From: Candidatus Hydrogenedentota bacterium
Lineage (GTDB): Bacteria > Hydrogenedentota > Hydrogenedentia > Hydrogenedentales > JAEUWI01
Direction: 5' to 3'
Assembly: GCA_034669905.1 (NCBI GenBank)
Contig: JAXMOL010000065.1
Span: 1 to 40,460, forward strand
DNA: 40,460 nt
Below, in pieces: positions 36,149 through 40,460 of this stretch. The notes beneath the pieces were generated by a model. It saw only the letters and a program-made list of their open reading frames with translations. It was not told the origin of the DNA and searched no databases. How positions within the stretch are numbered: position 1 is the first letter of the stretch; each line of letters begins with the position of its first letter. The position numbers and the translations under genes were made by a program.

Positions 36149-37162
36149 CTACTGGGGCACGGTGTAATCGATGGGACGCACCTGCACATCATCGCGATTG
36201 AGGTGGACGGCGAGGCCCGTGTTGCGAATGGGGTCCAAGACCAAGGACTGGGCTTCGTAAAGGGCTTCCGGCTCGTCGTCGATGAGGAAGAACACGGCGT
36301 AGGTGCCCTGCTCCACCAGGCAGGCGGCGTGCCCGTTGGCCGGGACCGAGACGTCCTGACCCCGCTTTTCCTGTCGAAGGCCCACGGTCATGGCCACGTC
36401 GAGGGGATTGTGGAATCGGATTTCGTAGCGCCCCTGGGGAAGGGCATGGGTAAACTCGGGCAGGCGGGCGCGGGGATTGTAGGAGCGGGCCTCGGCCGGG
36501 GTGTCGGATTCTTTCCCTTCGCGATTTCTGCGGGATGCGCCCCCGATGGATACGGTCGGCGCACTTGCCGCAGGGGTGGGGGGCCCGGCAGGAGGCATCT
36601 TTTTCCCGGCGGATACGTCGGGCCCGGTGACGCCCAGGGGTTGGTTGACGCTGGAGGCGATGGCCCGTTTCAGGGGGACGAATACGCCTGGGGCCACCTG
36701 GGCGGCGGGCTCGCCATTGATTTCTTCCACGACAGGTGGCGGGGTTTCGGTGGCGTTATCGGGGCGTCGCTGGCGAAGGCCACTCCGGGCGATGAGCACG
36801 TCGGATTCGAAACGGGCGGTGAAATAGTTTCCCATGCTGTCTTCCCAACGATAGAGCACGGTCTTGTCGCCATCGCCGCCTGCCGGTCGGGGAGACAGGG
36901 CGCTGAGATCGTGCGCTTCTTCGAAGCTCATGCCGGGGACGAACTGGTCATAGAGTGCGGTGCTGATGATACTGGGGCGGGGTGGGTGCGTGGTGTTCGC
37001 ACTGACTTCGACGGGAGGAATCTCCTTGGTACGTGGCGGTGCCGGGGCGCTTTCTGGCGGGGTGGATGCCGGTGCGGACGGGGGTGTGGACGGGGGAGCG
37101 TTGCCGCATCCCGCGAGGAGAATGAGGGCGGGTATCCACCATGGGAAATGACGTGACCGCAT
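36149..37162 (-). CDS. Pro-rich lipoprotein with BamE/BLIP-like domain
   Basis: Lipobox LAGC; YDQFVPGMSFEEA...YRW...FTARF pattern. Confidence 0.75.
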   Translation of the reverse strand: MRSRHFPWWIPALILLAGCGNAPPSTPPSAPASTPPESAPAPPRTKEIPPVEVSANTTHPPRPSIISTALYDQFVPGMSFEEAHDLSALSPRPAGGDGDKTVLYRWEDSMGNYFTARFESDVLIARSGLRQRRPDNATETPPPVVEEINGEPAAQVAPGVFVPLKRAIASSVNQPLGVTGPDVSAGKKMPPAGPPTPAASAPTVSIGGASRRNREGKESDTPAEARSYNPRARLPEFTHALPQGRYEIRFHNPLDVAMTVGLRQEKRGQDVSVPANGHAACLVEQGTYAVFFLIDDEPEALYEAQSLVLDPIRNTGLAVHLNRDDVQVRPIDYTVPQ

Positions 37163-37282
37163 CGCGGGGAGAATCCTTGCATCGTAGTCGGTGTGCCTGT
37201 GGTCAGTATTCACGGAAGGCGTAGGGAAATCAAGGGAGTGGCCCATTCGAGTGGTGGGCAAACGTACCGTTGACAGATATTT

Positions 37283-37435
37283 TTTCGTGTGCATGGCGCA
37301 TCACGGACGGGAGATTAGCGGGGGTGATTCTAATCGGGCGCCTTCATTGGGCGTACCACTGGCCGTATGGGTTTGGACGCCCTCACTGAACGTCTCTTCG
37401 AGGGGAGAGGCTGACCTTCCTCCACGCACACGAAA
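37283..37435. ncRNA. Candidate structured RNA or inverted-repeat element, family unknown
   Basis: Closing stem tttcgtgtgcatgg / ccacgcacacgaaa (13/14); internal stems gattag/ctaatc and gggcgt/acgccc. Confidence 0.3.
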
Positions 37436-37567
37436 CCTCGTTGAACTCGGCATCGCGTGGCACGGCGTTTAACGGGGATGCGGGGGCATCGAGGAGGGGC
37501 CTTCCCTGGTTGCATCCCGCAGGGCGTCGCGGTATGGTTATGCTCGTCGTAACGAGGAGACGGGTGT

Positions 37568-38776
37568 ATGAAATCGATTTCCAGAAAAGGTGCGCGTGGG
37601 CGGGGCTGTGCACTGCGTCTGGCGGGCCCTATTGTGTTGATTCCGGGGCTGATTGTTTTTTACTTTTTTAGCGTTGCTCCCTTAGGAAATTGGCTCAGCG
37701 CGCAGGACTGGGTCGAAACACCGTGCACCGTGCTCGAGAGTGACGTGGGGGTCCACCCTTCCTCCGATGGTGGGCCCACCTACAGCATCGACATTGTCTA
37801 CGAATACACCTGGGAAGGCGTGACCTACCAAGGCGACCGCTACAATTTCATGGGCGGTTCTTCCTCGGGGCGACGTGGCAAGGAGCATGTGGTTGGCCAA
37901 TACCCGGTGGGCTCGGAGCGGGTATGTTTTGTGGACCCCCGTAGTCCCGATGACGCGGTGTTAAACCGGGATTTCACGGCCACGTACCTGATTGGTATGG
38001 GTGGGTTGGCCTTTTCGCTGGCATTTTTTGCGGCCCTCGTTTTGGGTACAAAGAAATCCAGAAACAGTCTTTCCGTGGGGGCGGCACGACACGATGGGGC
38101 CGTGCCCGTGGTTCCCGTGGGCGACCGTATCGAATTGAAGGGGGACAGCAGCAGCTGGACGGGCCTGGCGTTCATCCTACTCTTTGCCCTTATCTGGAAT
38201 GGCATCGTGCTGGGCGTTTGCTACGGTATCTGGAGTGATTTCGACGCGGAATCCATCGAGTGGTTCCCCCTGCTCTTCATGATTCCCTTTGTCCTGGTGG
38301 GGCTGGGTTTCGTGGTCGCCACGTTCTACTGCGTGTTGGCCCTCTTTAATCCCAAGCCCGATTTGGTCTTATCCCCCGGGTATTTACCCCTTGGGAGTAC
38401 GGCGACGATTTCGTGGGCATTCCGGGGCAATCCATCCCGAATCCGTCAGCTCAAGATTTCCCTGATTGGCGAAGAAAAGGCGACGTACCGGCGGGGCACG
38501 GATACGGTGACCGATACCAACGTTTTTCACCGGGTGCTCCTCGCGGAACACAGGGCCGCGCGGGATATTGCCCGGGGGGAAGTGGACATCGTGATTCCGG
38601 AATTCACGGCCCCCAGTTTCGATGGGCCCAACAACAAAATTCGGTGGTATATTCAGCTGGAGGGAGACATCCCCCGATGGCCCGATGTGGGACAAGACTT
38701 TACCCTGACCGTGGCCCCCCTTCCTTCCGCGTCATCGGGTGCGACGCCCGCGCGTGCCGAATTCCAACGGAACTGA
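37568..38776 (+). CDS. DUF3592-domain membrane protein with C-terminal arrestin/Spo0M-like domain
   Basis: W.ETPC.VL.S, YEY...G..Y.G and YPVG....CFVDP..P..AVL motifs; 4 TM segments; GAGGAG RBS. Confidence 0.85.
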   Translation: MKSISRKGARGRGCALRLAGPIVLIPGLIVFYFFSVAPLGNWLSAQDWVETPCTVLESDVGVHPSSDGGPTYSIDIVYEYTWEGVTYQGDRYNFMGGSSSGRRGKEHVVGQYPVGSERVCFVDPRSPDDAVLNRDFTATYLIGMGGLAFSLAFFAALVLGTKKSRNSLSVGAARHDGAVPVVPVGDRIELKGDSSSWTGLAFILLFALIWNGIVLGVCYGIWSDFDAESIEWFPLLFMIPFVLVGLGFVVATFYCVLALFNPKPDLVLSPGYLPLGSTATISWAFRGNPSRIRQLKISLIGEEKATYRRGTDTVTDTNVFHRVLLAEHRAARDIARGEVDIVIPEFTAPSFDGPNNKIRWYIQLEGDIPRWPDVGQDFTLTVAPLPSASSGATPARAEFQRN

Positions 38777-38788
38777 GGAGACTTCGCC

Positions 38789-39157
38789 GTGAATCTTTCA
38801 CTCGCATTGAGTCAGGACCCGACAACGCTGGTGCCGGGACAAGTCATTGAAGGCACCCTGGGTTGGAAACGGGACGAGCCCCCGCGGAAAGCCATGCTGC
38901 GCCTGTTCTGGTATACCGAGGGGCGAGGCACCCAGGACGTGGGCATTGTGGAGGAGATTGCCCTGCCGAAGGACCGCAAGATGCTCGCGGGGACCTTTCG
39001 TTTTCAGCTTCCCGAGGCCCCCTACAGTTTTCAGGGACAGCTCATTACCCTGAAGTGGGCCATCGAACTGGTGCTCAACAAGGGCAAGGAGGTGGAGCGG
39101 TTGGACCTGGTGGTTTCGCCGTGGGTGGAGCAGGTGGCCTTGGGGACGGTGGAATAA
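38789..39157 (+). CDS. Small beta-sandwich protein (arrestin/Spo0M-like)
   Basis: GAGGAG RBS with GTG start; LPEAPYSFQG...LKWAIEL motif. Confidence 0.8.
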   Translation: MNLSLALSQDPTTLVPGQVIEGTLGWKRDEPPRKAMLRLFWYTEGRGTQDVGIVEEIALPKDRKMLAGTFRFQLPEAPYSFQGQLITLKWAIELVLNKGKEVERLDLVVSPWVEQVALGTVE

Positions 39158-39162
39158 GCGTC

Positions 39163-39765
39163 ATGGTGACGGCGGATCAGAATCCTTTTCGTGTGGGGCG
39201 TATTGAGGCGCTACGGTACCGTTCCCCGGAGTTTCGCTGGGCGCCCTTCTATGTGGCGCTGGAGCGACAGCAGTATCGCGGGGCCATTGTGGGCAAAAAG
39301 GGCGCCGGAAAAACCACGCTCCTGCTGGAATTGCAGGCCCGATTAGAAGCGGGTGGTGTGACGGTGTCCTACCACCGGCTTCATGGGGATACGCCCCACA
39401 AGTTCTGGTGCACCTTGGCCTGGCTGAGAAGGGTTCCCCGTCATGGCGTGGGCTTCTTTGATGGTGCCGAGCAGTTGTCTCCCCTGGCCTGGCAGTGCGT
39501 GGCCCTGGTATCACGGCGGCTCCGTGGATTCGTCATCTCCACGCACCGCCCGGGGCGCATGAAGACACTCCATGAAGCGCGTACATCGGAGGGACTGCTC
39601 GAAGCCCTGGTGGGCGAAATCGTGCCTGGAGATATGGACGTGGTGTGGCCCCGGGCGCAGGCCTATTACCGGCGCTACGACGCCAACCTGCGTGACGTGC
39701 TTTTTGCGTTGTATGACGATTATGCCCAGGGAAGGATTGGCGTGGAATCAACCCGAGGAGAATGA
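39163..39765 (+). CDS. Small P-loop NTPase
   Basis: NPF, Walker A GKKGAGKTT, Walker B FFDGAEQL; start set at MVTADQ. Confidence 0.8.
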   Translation: MVTADQNPFRVGRIEALRYRSPEFRWAPFYVALERQQYRGAIVGKKGAGKTTLLLELQARLEAGGVTVSYHRLHGDTPHKFWCTLAWLRRVPRHGVGFFDGAEQLSPLAWQCVALVSRRLRGFVISTHRPGRMKTLHEARTSEGLLEALVGEIVPGDMDVVWPRAQAYYRRYDANLRDVLFALYDDYAQGRIGVESTRGE

Positions 39766-40079
39766 TGATGGCCGATGGTGGGGAGAAGATCACGACACAG
39801 AATATCACCGAGGGCGCGGGCGGCACGCGGATTGACCGAAAGAAATACGAGGCCATGCGTCGGGCGATACTGCTCGCGACACCCCGGGAGCTCCCCGGTA
39901 TTCCCTTCAGGGAACTCGCTGACGTGGTGCGGGAATATCTTCCCGACGATTGGGAGGGTTCGGTGATGTGGTATGTGACCACGGTGAAGCTCGACCTGGA
40001 AGCCCGGGGTGAGATTGTTCGCGTGGCGGACGTAAAACCACAACACCTGATTCGCCGGGCGCGGCGGCCGCGGCGTTAG
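39762..40079 (+). CDS. DUF6958-like small wHTH protein
   Basis: IDRKKYE...AIL and GSVMWYVTTVKLDLEARG motifs; GAGGAG RBS; start could be 39765 or 39768. Confidence 0.8.
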   Translation: MMMADGGEKITTQNITEGAGGTRIDRKKYEAMRRAILLATPRELPGIPFRELADVVREYLPDDWEGSVMWYVTTVKLDLEARGEIVRVADVKPQHLIRRARRPRR

Positions 40080-40130
40080 GGGGCTGTGAGAGCGCGCGAT
40101 GAATTTACAGGGTTGTCAACGATGCAGATA

Positions 40131-40460
40131 GGGGGTATGGTGCGGGCTTTCAGCCCTTGTGCGATGGAGGGCCCCCAGTACATGGGCCGTTGGCCCATGC
40201 TGGTATGTTGTCGGGCCGTTGGCCCTCTGAATAGCCCAAGGGTGTGTTGACGGCTACACCAAGAGCGCCAGCGACGCAGCTAGGGGGGTATGGTGCGGGC
40301 TTTCAGCCCTTGTGCGATGGAGGGCCCCCAGTACATGGGCCGTTGGCCCATGCTGGTATGTTGTCGGGCCGTTGGCCCTCTGAATAGCCCAAGGGTGCGT
40401 TGACGGCTACACCGAGAGCGCCAGCGACGCAGATAGGGGGGGTATGGTGCGGGCTTTCAG
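40131..40460. repeat. Tandem 153-154-bp multi-hairpin repeats (two full copies plus a partial, running off the window)
   Basis: tatggtgcgggctttcag recurs at 40136, 40289 and 40443; internal palindromes gggc-tttca-gccc and catgggcc-gtt-ggcccatg. Confidence 0.92.

Noticed and set aside
37270..37298. TTGACA as a sigma-70 promoter
   Set aside because: No credible -10 hexamer at 16-18 nt spacing

Overview
GC-rich bacterial chromosomal segment. The gene style suggests a PVC-like lineage or Candidatus Hydrogenedentes (inference only). It carries a heme operon (ccsA/hemX-like, hemA, fused hemC-hemD, hemB), rluD, a Ser/Thr kinase with about 15 WD40 repeats, several hydrolases and oxidoreductases, an ABC exporter, a Fic protein and many REP/MITE-like palindromic repeats. 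I found no rRNA, tRNA, CRISPR array, integrase or transposase. Main points of interest: (1) an intact, host-like phage terminase large subunit (34675-36135) with no portal, capsid or integrase in the window, near a possible small-subunit-like gene and a 3D-domain peptidoglycan enzyme, suggesting a domesticated or GTA-like packaging module; (2) a penicillin-acylase-family protein that has lost both key catalytic residues; (3) an unlisted 43-aa Lys/Arg-rich gene preceded by a 36-codon uORF with an RSPP arrest-like motif; (4) a repeat family with fixed length, conserved ends and variable interior, one copy of which truncates a gene; (5) an operon with two arrestin-like domains and a small ATPase; (6) a structured intergenic RNA candidate.
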